From an uncultured bacterium (lineage in GTDB: Bacteria > Verrucomicrobiota > Lentisphaeria > Victivallales > UBA1829): a stretch of 64,000 nt of DNA. The position numbers and the translations under genes are program-made. The notes under the pieces are model-generated. The model was not told the origin of the DNA, ran no database searches, and saw only the letters and a program-made list of their open reading frames with translations. How positions within the stretch are numbered: the first letter of the stretch is position 1; each line of letters starts with the position of its first letter. Of this stretch, positions 1 to 9,232 are shown piece after piece. The DNA is taken from assembly GCA_949297765.1 (NCBI GenBank), contig CASFTV010000005.1, forward strand, positions 2,144 through 66,143. The letters are read 5' to 3'.

Positions 1-1
1 G

Positions 2-1615
2 CAGGCGTTCTATCCGACGGAAATTCAAGGGGCGCGCGCGGCCATGCTCGGATTTCTCCACATGATCCGCCAGAACGTTCAATCCATCTATTTCTTCACC
101 ATGTTCAATGACGGCGGATGCGAACTCGACGAACTGGCGGACAACCAGAAATACGGCCGGCATGATCCCAATGTGAGCGGTCTTTTCCGGGTGAAGCCCT
201 ATGTTCAGCCGCGTTTCATCGCGGCCTCCCGCCATGTGATCGGCAGCCTGACCCGCGGGAATCTGCGGGTCCTCGACGGCTGGAGCTGGAAACAGACTGG
301 CGGAACCTGCGCGGCTCAGATGATCGAAAGCGATGCGGGGCCTCTGCTTCTCTTCTGGGGACAGGGAAGCGATCCCGTTGAAATTCCCTCCGTCCTTCTC
401 ACAGGTCTTCAGGGAGCGAACATCTGCGCCGCGGACGGGCGGCCCGTGAGCTTCCGCGCAGGAGCAAAACTTTCTCCCGACAATTATTATCTGGCAACCG
501 GCATCCGGAAAGAGTTCTTTCAGGCGCTTCCGAACCGGGCCGATGTTCTGAAACCGTTTCAGCCGGAACGTCCTCTCCAGTATCGTTATCAGGGCGTCTA
601 CCGGGCGGCCCCTCTCTTTGATGCGAATCTGAATCCGGTGGATCCGTCCTCCCTGCGCTTCCATCCGATTTCGCGGGAAATTTCCTGTGTCCGGGGAGCG
701 GAAACCAATGTCATAAAGGCGGAATTCGCGGCGGGATTGAGTTCCAGCGGACTGGATCTGCTGGTCCGGGTCGAGGATCCGCTGCACCGGATCTTCGACA
801 GCATGACAAACTACTGGGAGGGAGACAGTGTCCAATTCGCCATCGACTGTCTTGGAAAAGGATACTCTTCCGATGTCCTGGAACTGGGAGTCTGCGGAGT
901 TCCCGGGAAAGCATCCATCTGGAAGAACCTTTCGCCGTCGCTGGAGGGAGATCTGCCGGCGAATTATACGCTCGGCCAGACCCGTCTGCGGTTCGGGAAG
1001 GCGGAAGTGATCCGGCAGGGGAAAAAGACCGAGTACCGCATCCGGATCGAACCCAGTGAACTGTATCCGTTTTTCTACTCGAAAGGCGTCCGCCTCCGCT
1101 TTTCGATTCTGGTGAACAACAATAACGGAAAGGAGCGGGCATCCTATCTGGAGTGGAGCAGCGGTATCGGAAGCGACAAAGATCCTGTGAAGTTCGGCTC
1201 GCTCTCCGTCCAGCTCCCGCCCGACGCCGGATTCTCCCAGGCGGATCTGAACAGAGGAACTCCGGGGACAAAATGGCTTCGGACAAAGGAGAACGTTCTC
1301 CGGGTGGAAACCGGCAATCTGCGTCAGGCGGGCGTTCATACGCCGGGCCGGCCGACTCCCGGAGGCGCGGAATACGAGCTGGAATTCGAAGCCCGCGGTA
1401 CCGCCTCCCTGATCGTAATGGTGACCGGAAAAGGATTTGCCCGGATTGATCCGCTGAAACATCCGCAGAAACTGACCGGGGAGTGGAAGCGATTCCGTTC
1501 CAGTCTGAGTCTGCCTGCGGAAGCGGAGAGTTTCACCGTCTCTCTCTTCGGCTGGCAGCAGAAGGATAAATGGTTTGAAATCCGCAGCTTCCGGGTCTTG
1601 CCTCAAACCAGATGA
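2..1615 (+). CDS. Hypothetical carbohydrate-binding (CBM9/DOMON-like) protein. It is probably 5'-partial, because the reading frame is open to the window edge; the first ATG is at 44.
   Basis: Long ORF with no in-frame stop upstream of the ATG at 44 and no signal peptide after that Met. The central segment GDSVQFAIDCLGKGY...RLRFSILVNNNNGKERASYLEWSSG resembles CBM9-like sugar-binding modules. It is followed by a hairpin/T-run terminator. Confidence 0.55.
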   Translation, partial: QAFYPTEIQGARAAMLGFLHMIRQNVQSIYFFTMFNDGGCELDELADNQKYGRHDPNVSGLFRVKPYVQPRFIAASRHVIGSLTRGNLRVLDGWSWKQTGGTCAAQMIESDAGPLLLFWGQGSDPVEIPSVLLTGLQGANICAADGRPVSFRAGAKLSPDNYYLATGIRKEFFQALPNRADVLKPFQPERPLQYRYQGVYRAAPLFDANLNPVDPSSLRFHPISREISCVRGAETNVIKAEFAAGLSSSGLDLLVRVEDPLHRIFDSMTNYWEGDSVQFAIDCLGKGYSSDVLELGVCGVPGKASIWKNLSPSLEGDLPANYTLGQTRLRFGKAEVIRQGKKTEYRIRIEPSELYPFFYSKGVRLRFSILVNNNNGKERASYLEWSSGIGSDKDPVKFGSLSVQLPPDAGFSQADLNRGTPGTKWLRTKENVLRVETGNLRQAGVHTPGRPTPGGAEYELEFEARGTASLIVMVTGKGFARIDPLKHPQKLTGEWKRFRSSLSLPAEAESFTVSLFGWQQKDKWFEIRSFRVLPQTR

Positions 1616-1627
1616 CGCCGGCTCCGC

Positions 1628-1657
1628 GGGGAGGAGCAATCCTCCCCGTTTTCTTTT
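1628..1657 (+). terminator. Rho-independent terminator
   Basis: Stem GGGGAGGA, loop gcaa, stem TCCTCCCC, followed by GTTTTCTTTT. It starts 13 nt after the stop of the 44..1615 ORF. Confidence 0.6.
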
Positions 1658-1670
1658 GGAAATCCTGCTC

Positions 1671-1735
1671 AGGCATCCCCTTTGCCGTTGACCGCAAAAC
1701 ACTCCATTTCCACCCTGCCACGCCGGCCGGCAGAC
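1671..1735 (-). pseudogene. Relic 3' fragment of a chorismatase-like/RidA-like gene (duplicate of the C-terminus of 6090..7190)
   Basis: The reverse complement of 1671-1715 encodes VEMECFAVNGKGDA-stop, identical to the C-terminus of the 366-aa protein at 6090..7190. Upstream the similarity degrades and no full ORF remains. Confidence 0.5.
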
Positions 1736-1926
1736 ACCCTCTCCCTCTCCGACCGGAACTCACATCCTGCATGGCAGTCGGCTCAGGCATAAGTTCCGTT
1801 TTCAGAGAAAACCGCTGTTCTTTCCGCGAACCGGCCCGGCAGAGGGGATCTCTTCTTTGTCTCGGGGAAAAAATTTTGGACTGGATTAATATTTTTCCCG
1901 AAATCTTCCCGCTTGAGTGAATGACA

Positions 1927-1956
1927 CCATTTTTTTTCCAATTCCAGTGTATAATA
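1927..1956 (+). promoter_or_regulatory. Candidate extended -10 promoter for the prepilin-like gene
   Basis: GTGTATAAT at 1947-1955 lies in an AT-rich stretch about 40 nt upstream of the ATG at 1994. The -35 is weak (CCATTT). An AAGAAAGGA Shine-Dalgarno-like sequence lies 8 nt before the ATG. Confidence 0.3.
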
Positions 1957-1993
1957 ATGAGAAAAAAAAACCATTCACAAGAAAGGATTTCTC

Positions 1994-2785
1994 ATGGTCA
2001 GAAACAATTGTCCGGGAATTTCTCCGCTCTGGGGAAAGAAAAACATCATAAAATTCACTCTTATAGAACTTCTCATTGTAATTGCGATCATCGCGATCCT
2101 TGCGGGGATGCTGCTGCCCGCCCTGAGTGCAGCGCGGGAGAAGGGACGGGAAGCCTCCTGCACTTCGAATCTGAAACAGATTGGTGTTGCCTACGCTTCC
2201 TATGTCGTGGACAGCGGCGACTATATGGATCCGATCCTGACGAACAAGAACGGTACGCTGGGTACGCCGCACTGGGGAATGCGGCTGATGGCGCTCGACG
2301 ATTCGTTCCGGGAGATCAAGGGGAAAGGATATCTGAGCGGTTCGGTCTACAAATGCCCGTCGATGCCGGCGCCGCAGACCGAATGGTTCTGGAACGAAAC
2401 TCCGCATTACGGTGCCAATGTCTATCTTCTTACAGCATGGATCGATGGAAAAGGCGTTCCCGAAGACGGCGCAATGAAAATCACCTCCATGAAAAATCCG
2501 TCGCAGAAAATTCTGGTTGCGGAAACCTGGCGGCAGACCGGAGGAGGCGATCTACTCCTAAATCTGAAGGAAGGCCAATACCGTTTTACTCTCTCTATTC
2601 CGGATAATACCAGTATTTACCATGGCCGCCCCGCCGGACGCCATACAAAAAACTGCGGAACGCTGTTCGGAGACATGCATGTAGGTAAATTCCGTCTTGC
2701 CAATCCGCTCGATCCCTACACAAACGAGCCGTTCCACGCATCGCTGACCATGAACACCCGGCGGCACAACCGCTGGTGGGAATAA
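1994..2785 (+). CDS. Prepilin-type N-terminal cleavage/methylation domain protein, DUF1559 / H-X9-DG family
   Basis: Class III signal motif [45 protein letters not shown]. The C-terminal segment [16 protein letters not shown] resembles the H-X9-DG processing-associated motif. Confidence 0.85.
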   Translation: MVRNNCPGISPLWGKKNIIKFTLIELLIVIAIIAILAGMLLPALSAAREKGREASCTSNLKQIGVAYASYVVDSGDYMDPILTNKNGTLGTPHWGMRLMALDDSFREIKGKGYLSGSVYKCPSMPAPQTEWFWNETPHYGANVYLLTAWIDGKGVPEDGAMKITSMKNPSQKILVAETWRQTGGGDLLLNLKEGQYRFTLSIPDNTSIYHGRPAGRHTKNCGTLFGDMHVGKFRLANPLDPYTNEPFHASLTMNTRRHNRWWE

Positions 2786-2815
2786 TCAAACGAAAAGAAA
2801 AATTTCGGAGGTTTT

Positions 2816-5800
2816 ATGCTGAAAAAGCTGTTATTGTCTCTGCTTGTACTCGGCGGATTTGCCGTGCAGGCGGAAATCCTTCACGAACAGAAATGGGATG
2901 TTCCTTTTTCCGGGAAGGAAGTTCTATTTACAAAAAGCCGCCTTGCACAAATTTCCTCTCAGGAAAAGACGCCTGACAACGACGCGGCTCTCGCTCTGAA
3001 AATCACAGCCAGGCCGGATCACATTTCCTATAATGCTCAACTCAATATTCTGAAATCCGCCCATCTGAAAAAAGGAGACCGCGTGCGCATCACCTTCTTT
3101 CTGAAGGGATCGGAATTCGGACAGATCGGACTCAATGTCATCCAGAGCGCCAAACCGTGGAAAGGGATTTCTCCGCAGAGCATCAAAACCGTCAAAGTGC
3201 AGAAAGAGTGGCAGAAAATCACCCACGAATTCACCGTAGACCAGGATTACGCGGAAACGATCCGCTTTCCGATGTTCATGCTTGGAGAGTACCCGCTGGA
3301 TGGAATTCTCTTCCTGGGACCGGTCCGGACGGAGAAGATCCGCAATCATCTCCCGCTTGCACTGAATCCGCAATGGATGCTCTATCCCGGCGTCGATCCG
3401 GAAGCAGTCAACTGGAATCAGACAGACGCGCTTCCGGCAGAACTCGAAGGGATAAAAGGAATCCCTGTCGTTTTTCAGGACAAATCACTGAATCTGGAAT
3501 CTGTGGCGGGAAAAGCGGCGGACGGGAAAAAGGCTCTGCTGCTGAATCTCTTCACGGCAAAGGACGACGGCTTCATGCAGGTCGGAGTCGGCGCGGACTG
3601 GTGGTTCGATTTCCGTATCAACGGAAAAACTATTTACGATACGCTGAAAACCGGCAACATCATCGCAAAGTGCAGTGAGAACGATCATGTGTTCAATTTC
3701 CCGGTCCGGAAAGGAAAGAACCTTGTGGCTCTGCTGGTCAAGAGCGGGAGCGGCGGATGGAAGATCTGCTGCGGCGAGGTGCCGTTCCGCGAAAAACTCG
3801 GCAACGTGGTCAAAATTCTCCGCTCAGCGGAGTGGCGGCCGATCAAAATGGATCCGGTCGAATGGGTCTATGTGCAGGCGAAACGGATCCCGATGCTTGA
3901 TGTGAAGGCGGGAACTGCGCTTGATCTTTCCGGATTCCTCGACCGGGAACCGAAAATCGGCGAACTCGGCCGGATCATCGTCAACAAGGAGGGGAAACTG
4001 GCGTATGAAAAAGAGCCGTCGCGCACGGTCCGCTTCCGCAGTTTCTCCATGAGTCCCGGGAACTGGCAGCACCGTCTCTATGCGATGAACAAGGCGGAAA
4101 TTGAGGAGTATGCGGAGGCAATCCGGATCCGCGGATTCAATCTGGTCCGCATCCATTATCCGGACGGATCGCTGACGGGGAAAAACGGGTATCCGAAAAA
4201 ACCGCTGAGCATCGACAAGGTGAAACTGCCGCGAAGCATGGAGGAGCTGCCGATCGACAAGGCGTTTGCGGACCGGTGGGATTATTTTGTCGCCTGTCTG
4301 CGGAAACGGAACATCTATCTGCTCCCGGATATCGTCTCCGCTCGGACCGCATGGACCTCCGCAACGGTCGATTTCGACTTCAAAACCGGAATGCTCTTCC
4401 GCGAAGACTACCGCGACAACTGGCGCGCGGGATTCCATTACATGATGCTCCATGTCAACCCTTATACCGGAACCCGGATGCTGGAGGATCCGATGGTCGT
4501 CGGCATCACCCTCCTCAACGAACAGGACAATCAGAAAAACTACTGGGGCGAACTCAATCCTCACTGGAAGAGCTTTTATCAGGCCGCGCATCCCGGAAAG
4601 ACCGCACCGGAGCTGAATGTGCAGCTTCTCATGAAGTCGCAGGAGGCACGGAGCTGGGTCGAAAAAGTCCTCATGAACATGTCGCTCTTCTACATGGAGG
4701 AGGTCCGGAAAATCGGCTTCAAAGGCATTGTCACGAACTGGGATATGTATATGCGGCTGATGGACATTCCTCCGCGGACCCCGCTCTCCGCCGTGGCCAT
4801 GCACACCTATTTCTCGCACCCGAATCTGATCCCTCTTCCTGTGCGCGATTATCAGCAGAAACTCCTCAATCTGCGCTGGCACCGCGGAAAGGGATTTCTG
4901 ACAGGACAGGAAAGTTCCATCACGGACCGGAACTCTTATATCGGCCGGGCCGGAATCAACCGTTTTCTGGATCGTCCCTTCCTGATGACGGAGTATTCCC
5001 ATGCGCCTTACAACCGCTATGTACATGAAGCCGGCCTGATGTGGGGTGCGTATGCGGCGCTCCAGGGGTGGGATCTGCTGACCCAGCACGGCAACACCGT
5101 GGCTCTCTGGCACACCCCGCTGAACGGCTATGTCTTCGAAGGGTCTCTGAGTCCGATGGCACGGGTGAACGAAGTCATCACCGCGTTTGCCTGGCAGCGC
5201 AGGGATGTCGCGGAGGCAAAGCACAAGCTGGAAGTCACGATTCCTCCCGCAGTCATGCACTCTCCGGACTTCATGAGCGCGATCGGCGGAGAATACAGCC
5301 GTCTGTTCATGGTGACAAAAATCGGATGCTCCTACGATGGAAAAGGATCGGTCCGCGACAGCATCAAAGTCCTTCCCGAACGCTTTGCCCGTACCTACGG
5401 AGGCGGAATGTTTGCGGAAATCCGGGAATCCCTCGGCGGCGATGCCCTCGCCCGAAAATTAATTCAGAATCTCCGTTCCCGAAGCGTGATCGGAAAAAAC
5501 AATCCGACCGATTCCGACAAAGGCATCTATCAGAGCGAAACCGGTGAAATCACCACCGACATCCATCAGAAAACCCTGCGGGTTGTGACCCCGAAACTGG
5601 AAGGCGCCGTTCTCAAGAAGAACTCTCCGGTCAAACTGGATGCCATGAAAATTTCCGAGTGTTCCGTGCCGGCTTCGCTGACCGCAATTGCCCTCGATTC
5701 CGCCCCTTCCCTCCGGGAGAGCAGACGGATTCTGCTGATCGCCGCCACCATGGCCGTCAGTGAACAAAGCGTCTTCAACAACGAACGTTTCGATGTGGAA

Positions 5801-6019
5801 ATTGATTTCGGGGTTTTTCCGGTTCTCTTCCGCAGCGGAAAGTTCTCTCTGACTCTTGCGAGCAATTCGAAAAAAGCTCCCGAACTCTATGCGCTGAACC
5901 TGAACGGGACACGCGAACGGAAGCTCAAAACAACATTCAGAAACGGAATGCTTTCCATCTCCATCGACACAGCAGAACTGGAGTACGGAACGCCGTTTTT
6001 TGAAATCGTCTTTCCTTGA
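2816..6019 (+). CDS. Large secreted glycoside-hydrolase-like protein (N-terminal CBM4_9-like module plus clan GH-A-like TIM barrel)
   Basis: Signal peptide MLKKLLLSLLVLGGFAVQAE and GGAGG 5 nt upstream of the ATG. GFNLVRIHYPDG and ITLLNEQDN (an NE acid/base-like motif) are typical of clan GH-A enzymes. The family assignment is uncertain. Confidence 0.65.
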   Translation: MLKKLLLSLLVLGGFAVQAEILHEQKWDVPFSGKEVLFTKSRLAQISSQEKTPDNDAALALKITARPDHISYNAQLNILKSAHLKKGDRVRITFFLKGSEFGQIGLNVIQSAKPWKGISPQSIKTVKVQKEWQKITHEFTVDQDYAETIRFPMFMLGEYPLDGILFLGPVRTEKIRNHLPLALNPQWMLYPGVDPEAVNWNQTDALPAELEGIKGIPVVFQDKSLNLESVAGKAADGKKALLLNLFTAKDDGFMQVGVGADWWFDFRINGKTIYDTLKTGNIIAKCSENDHVFNFPVRKGKNLVALLVKSGSGGWKICCGEVPFREKLGNVVKILRSAEWRPIKMDPVEWVYVQAKRIPMLDVKAGTALDLSGFLDREPKIGELGRIIVNKEGKLAYEKEPSRTVRFRSFSMSPGNWQHRLYAMNKAEIEEYAEAIRIRGFNLVRIHYPDGSLTGKNGYPKKPLSIDKVKLPRSMEELPIDKAFADRWDYFVACLRKRNIYLLPDIVSARTAWTSATVDFDFKTGMLFREDYRDNWRAGFHYMMLHVNPYTGTRMLEDPMVVGITLLNEQDNQKNYWGELNPHWKSFYQAAHPGKTAPELNVQLLMKSQEARSWVEKVLMNMSLFYMEEVRKIGFKGIVTNWDMYMRLMDIPPRTPLSAVAMHTYFSHPNLIPLPVRDYQQKLLNLRWHRGKGFLTGQESSITDRNSYIGRAGINRFLDRPFLMTEYSHAPYNRYVHEAGLMWGAYAALQGWDLLTQHGNTVALWHTPLNGYVFEGSLSPMARVNEVITAFAWQRRDVAEAKHKLEVTIPPAVMHSPDFMSAIGGEYSRLFMVTKIGCSYDGKGSVRDSIKVLPERFARTYGGGMFAEIRESLGGDALARKLIQNLRSRSVIGKNNPTDSDKGIYQSETGEITTDIHQKTLRVVTPKLEGAVLKKNSPVKLDAMKISECSVPASLTAIALDSAPSLRESRRILLIAATMAVSEQSVFNNERFDVEIDFGVFPVLFRSGKFSLTLASNSKKAPELYALNLNGTRERKLKTTFRNGMLSISIDTAELEYGTPFFEIVFP

Positions 6020-6048
6020 AGAGCCTTTTTCAGGAAACTCTCACGGAC

Positions 6049-6078
6049 GGGGAGGAGCAATCCTCCCCTTTTTCTTTT
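6049..6078 (+). terminator. Rho-independent terminator
   Basis: Stem GGGGAGGA, loop gcaa, stem TCCTCCCC, followed by TTTTTCTTTT. It lies 30 nt after the stop at 6019, between convergent genes. Confidence 0.6.
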
Positions 6079-6155
6079 GGAAATCCTGCTCAGGCATCCC
6101 CTTTGCCGTTGACCGCAAAACACTCCATTTCCACCAGCCATGACGGACGGCAGAC
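6049..6155 (+). repeat. Direct repeat copy B (terminator plus the intact 3' end of 6090..7190)
   Basis: See copy A at 1628-1735; same orientation, offset 4421 nt. Confidence 0.8.
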
Positions 6156-7190
6156 GGGTGCGCGGACCACCACAAACGGAAGATCCTCCGGCAGAAATTC
6201 GCGGAGAAGCGGAATCACGATTTCCGCATCCGCCGGATCACGCAGATAAACGGTCGCCCAGCGGAGATCCGAAAGACTCCCCTCCGAACTTTCCAGCAGA
6301 GCTGCGATGTTTTCCACCATCCGCATTGCCTGGCGTCGAACATCCGAAAGATGAACCACCCTCCCGAGATGGTCAATGCTCGCTGTCCCGGAAATGTAAT
6401 AGTGCGAACGGTCGCGGAGGAGCAGGCGGGTCCCTCGTTCAAAACTCACGCCGTAAAGCGCCGTGGGCGAGAGCATGTGTTCCGCTTTCAGATAAACCAG
6501 CTGTTCCTTCCGCAAACCGGCCCAGCTGATGGAATCCATCGCCACCAGACGCGCGGGCGCAGCATGCTGACCTTCGATTCCGGTGCTCGCGATAAAATGC
6601 GTCTCGGCGGAGAGGCCGTTCCGGGAAAAAAATTCGTTCCGCGCGCGGACAAGACCGGCATAATTGTTGTCCACATCGCGGCAGTAGAGCCAGGTCCGGA
6701 CCGTATTCTCCGCAGGAGTCATCCGGCGGGCGGAAAGAAACTCCTTCAGGGATTCGAATTCAAAACCGGTCTGTCTGTAACTGTCGGGGAAGACGACATC
6801 CTCTGTGCGGAACAGGACGGCTTCGGAGCCGTTGAACCGGAGTTCCTCCTGACCGGGTCCCGCCATCCGTTTTTCGCATCCCTTCCAGTGCCACGCCTCC
6901 AGGGCGATGCGCGAGCCGTCCGCCGGGCTCTGTCCGATCACGGAAAGAAACACCGCGCGATCTTTCAGGAGTCCGCGCAGGTGCGGCATCTGGTTGGTCA
7001 CATCGCTGAGGTGGATTCTCAGCAGGATTTCGCTCTCCTCCGAACAGCCGTGCGCCGCCATGGAGGTTCCGTACTCGGCAAGCAGGCGGAGAGCCTCCTC
7101 TGCAAAACTCTCTCCGCGCCCGGCGCTTCCGGCAAAAAAGTGTTCCTCTGCGGGATTTCCCGGAAGTTTGAATTCGGAATGTCGGATCAT
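6090..7190 (-). CDS. Tandem RidA/YjgF-like domain protein, FkbO/Hyg5/XanB2 chorismatase-like
   Basis: At 366 aa it has the length and two-domain layout of the FkbO/Hyg5 family. The C-terminal domain carries YISGTASIDHLGRVVHLSDVRRQAMRMVENIAALL...TVYLRD, typical of YjgF/RidA folds. Its start overlaps the upstream gene's stop by 4 nt. Confidence 0.5.
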   Translation of the reverse strand: MIRHSEFKLPGNPAEEHFFAGSAGRGESFAEEALRLLAEYGTSMAAHGCSEESEILLRIHLSDVTNQMPHLRGLLKDRAVFLSVIGQSPADGSRIALEAWHWKGCEKRMAGPGQEELRFNGSEAVLFRTEDVVFPDSYRQTGFEFESLKEFLSARRMTPAENTVRTWLYCRDVDNNYAGLVRARNEFFSRNGLSAETHFIASTGIEGQHAAPARLVAMDSISWAGLRKEQLVYLKAEHMLSPTALYGVSFERGTRLLLRDRSHYYISGTASIDHLGRVVHLSDVRRQAMRMVENIAALLESSEGSLSDLRWATVYLRDPADAEIVIPLLREFLPEDLPFVVVRAPVCRPSWLVEMECFAVNGKGDA

Positions 7191-9232
7191 GGTGTCACCT
7201 CCACAGTCAGAGCCGGAAGAAAAATTTCCGAGGTTCGGCGTTTGATGGTTCCTTTTTTATCTTTCTGATTGTAGGAATAGTCCATTTTGAACAGCAGATT
7301 CGCCGACTTTCCCGCGGATCCGGGCGCGGCGCGGAGAACAAGACGGTCCCGGCCCGATTCAACAGTCGTCAGCCATGCGGGCGGATTGGTGAGTGAGAGC
7401 TTCCATTCGGCATCTGCAGGCGGACGGCGCACCCGGAACGGAAACGCCTGATCCGATCCGGCTTTCATGCGCAGGACGTTCTCCCGGAATGCCCATGAGA
7501 ATTTCTCTCCGCCGCCGTATTTCCAGCGCTGCGTCAGCAGGAACCGTTCCGCCGGGACCAGATGGGTATAGGCGAACGCCTGCATGGCTTCGTCGGAGGG
7601 GACAGCTCTTGTTCGGTATCCGTTTTCCCCGATGGCCTTGAGTTTCACTTCCCGCGGAAGCGTACTGGTTTTGCGGCGGTCGACCCCGAGCGTGATGACA
7701 CTTTCCGTTTCTCCGGCGGGAATCCGGCTGGTGCCGACGATGGAATACGGTCCGCCGTGGGCGAGACGCAGTGTGATCGGCCCGTCGTATCCTTCATGAC
7801 GGACCACGGTCAGGCGGACCGGCTCCGCTCCGGCGCGCGCCACCTCCACCGCCGAAGGAACGGAGTAAAGCGTAAAACGCGGACGGGGTTCGTCGATCCG
7901 CAGAAAATAGGCGTAATCTTTTCCGCCGAGTCCGGTGGTGTCGGAGAGTGCGAGGAGATAATCTCCGTCGGTTCCGGGCGTGAACAGCAGGCTTGAATCC
8001 GTATGCTGCATGACCGTTCCCGCTTTGAGACGGGGGACATCATCGTTCACCGCCAGAAGGTTTCCGGCGGAATCGTAAAGACGAAGCAGAGAATCCAGCG
8101 GCGAATTGAGACGGCGGGCATAGACCTCCATCACAACCGGCTGTCCCGCTTTCAGCTGAAGATGGAAAAGCTGGATTTTTCCGGGCTTGTCGAGAGTTCC
8201 TCGGATCATGACGCCGCGCCGGAGAATGCCGCAGCGGTCCGCGTCGAGGGTCGGAATGGGAAAGTCCGGCGGTGCGGCGATCGGATAGGAACGGGATCCT
8301 TTCTCCACGGAAATGCGGTAGACAAAGTCTTCCCTTCCGCGATAGAGCGCATCGCGGACCGCCAGCGTGTAGACGCCCGTCTCCGGAACCTTGAATTCCA
8401 GCGTCCCGTCGGGATTGAAGTAGGTGTCGTCCACAAAGGCGACGCTCCGTTTCTTCGCGTTGAAAATCTCCATCTGCGGCTGGAAAAACCCCGGAACGCC
8501 GTCCCCGATGAACGGCATCAGTCCGCGGCCGAGCATGGTGAATGTGAGAGTCTCTCCGCCCTCCGCATGGAATCGGAAGAAGTCGGTTTCTCCGGGCATG
8601 ATCTGCCCGTTGAGGACCGCCGGAACGCGGAATTCCGGGGCCTCCGGTTTATCCGGCGGAAGGGGAAAGAACGGATCGCGCGTCTCCTCGTGCGCCCCGA
8701 CAAAAAAGGAGAGAGGATTGCTGATGCGTCCATTGGAGAAAAGACGGAACTCTCTCCGCCCCGGCTCGGCCTCCGGCGAAATCCGGAGCTTCACAATCGC
8801 GACGCTGGCAATCGCCGGACTCGCCTGAAGCGGATTGCGCGGAACCAGAAGAAAACGGAGCATCTGTTCGCGCTGAAGCGGTTCGAGGGTGTCGATCCGG
8901 TCGTAATAGGGGTGCTTCATCCATCCGGAGGTATCCTCCGGAAGCGGGGGACGTTCGGAGACGCCTTTGCGGATCGCCCGGAGCCAGCCCATGATGTATT
9001 TGCGCTGCGTGGCGGCGGGATGCGGAAATCCGCGGATCGGTTCGATTCCCGTGACGGAAACGCCGTCGCCGGAAATCAGAGCGCCCTTCAATCCCCAGAA
9101 CTGCTGTCCGCCGACCAGAATTTCGACATCGCTGCCCCGCCGGGCTCCCGCAGGCAGCAGGTAGCCGATGTGGATCGCCGGAGAGGAAAGCGCCGCACAC
9201 AGAAGGAAAAATGCAAGGATTCCTTTGTTCAT
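7187..9232 (-). CDS. Secreted protein with two bacterial pre-peptidase C-terminal (PPC) domains
   Basis: Signal peptide MNKGILAFFLLCAALSSPA. PPC-like segments are GETDFFRFHAEGGETLTFTM and HLQLKAGQPVVMEVYARRLNSPLDSLLRLYDSAGNLLAVNDD. There are 4-nt overlaps with both neighbouring genes. Confidence 0.7.
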   Translation of the reverse strand: MNKGILAFFLLCAALSSPAIHIGYLLPAGARRGSDVEILVGGQQFWGLKGALISGDGVSVTGIEPIRGFPHPAATQRKYIMGWLRAIRKGVSERPPLPEDTSGWMKHPYYDRIDTLEPLQREQMLRFLLVPRNPLQASPAIASVAIVKLRISPEAEPGRREFRLFSNGRISNPLSFFVGAHEETRDPFFPLPPDKPEAPEFRVPAVLNGQIMPGETDFFRFHAEGGETLTFTMLGRGLMPFIGDGVPGFFQPQMEIFNAKKRSVAFVDDTYFNPDGTLEFKVPETGVYTLAVRDALYRGREDFVYRISVEKGSRSYPIAAPPDFPIPTLDADRCGILRRGVMIRGTLDKPGKIQLFHLQLKAGQPVVMEVYARRLNSPLDSLLRLYDSAGNLLAVNDDVPRLKAGTVMQHTDSSLLFTPGTDGDYLLALSDTTGLGGKDYAYFLRIDEPRPRFTLYSVPSAVEVARAGAEPVRLTVVRHEGYDGPITLRLAHGGPYSIVGTSRIPAGETESVITLGVDRRKTSTLPREVKLKAIGENGYRTRAVPSDEAMQAFAYTHLVPAERFLLTQRWKYGGGEKFSWAFRENVLRMKAGSDQAFPFRVRRPPADAEWKLSLTNPPAWLTTVESGRDRLVLRAAPGSAGKSANLLFKMDYSYNQKDKKGTIKRRTSEIFLPALTVEVTP

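Larger units (their letters stand above)
1628..1735 (+). repeat. Direct repeat copy A (terminator plus relic of the 3' end of the 6090..7190 gene)
   Basis: Positions 1628-1714 match 6049-6135 with a single substitution seen by eye. Similarity decays with substitutions and an indel out to about 1735/6155. Confidence 0.8.

Noticed and set aside
1921-2607. Alternative-frame ORF overlapping the first prepilin-like gene, preceded by an A9 run (1962-1970) that could suggest a frameshift or phase-variable start.
   Set aside because: The 1994 frame encodes the complete, well-conserved prepilin motif and H-X9-DG-like tail, whereas the alternative frame gives low-complexity sequence. The A-run lies upstream of the ribosome-binding site, so it need not affect the reading frame. 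Phase variation cannot be judged from a single sequence.
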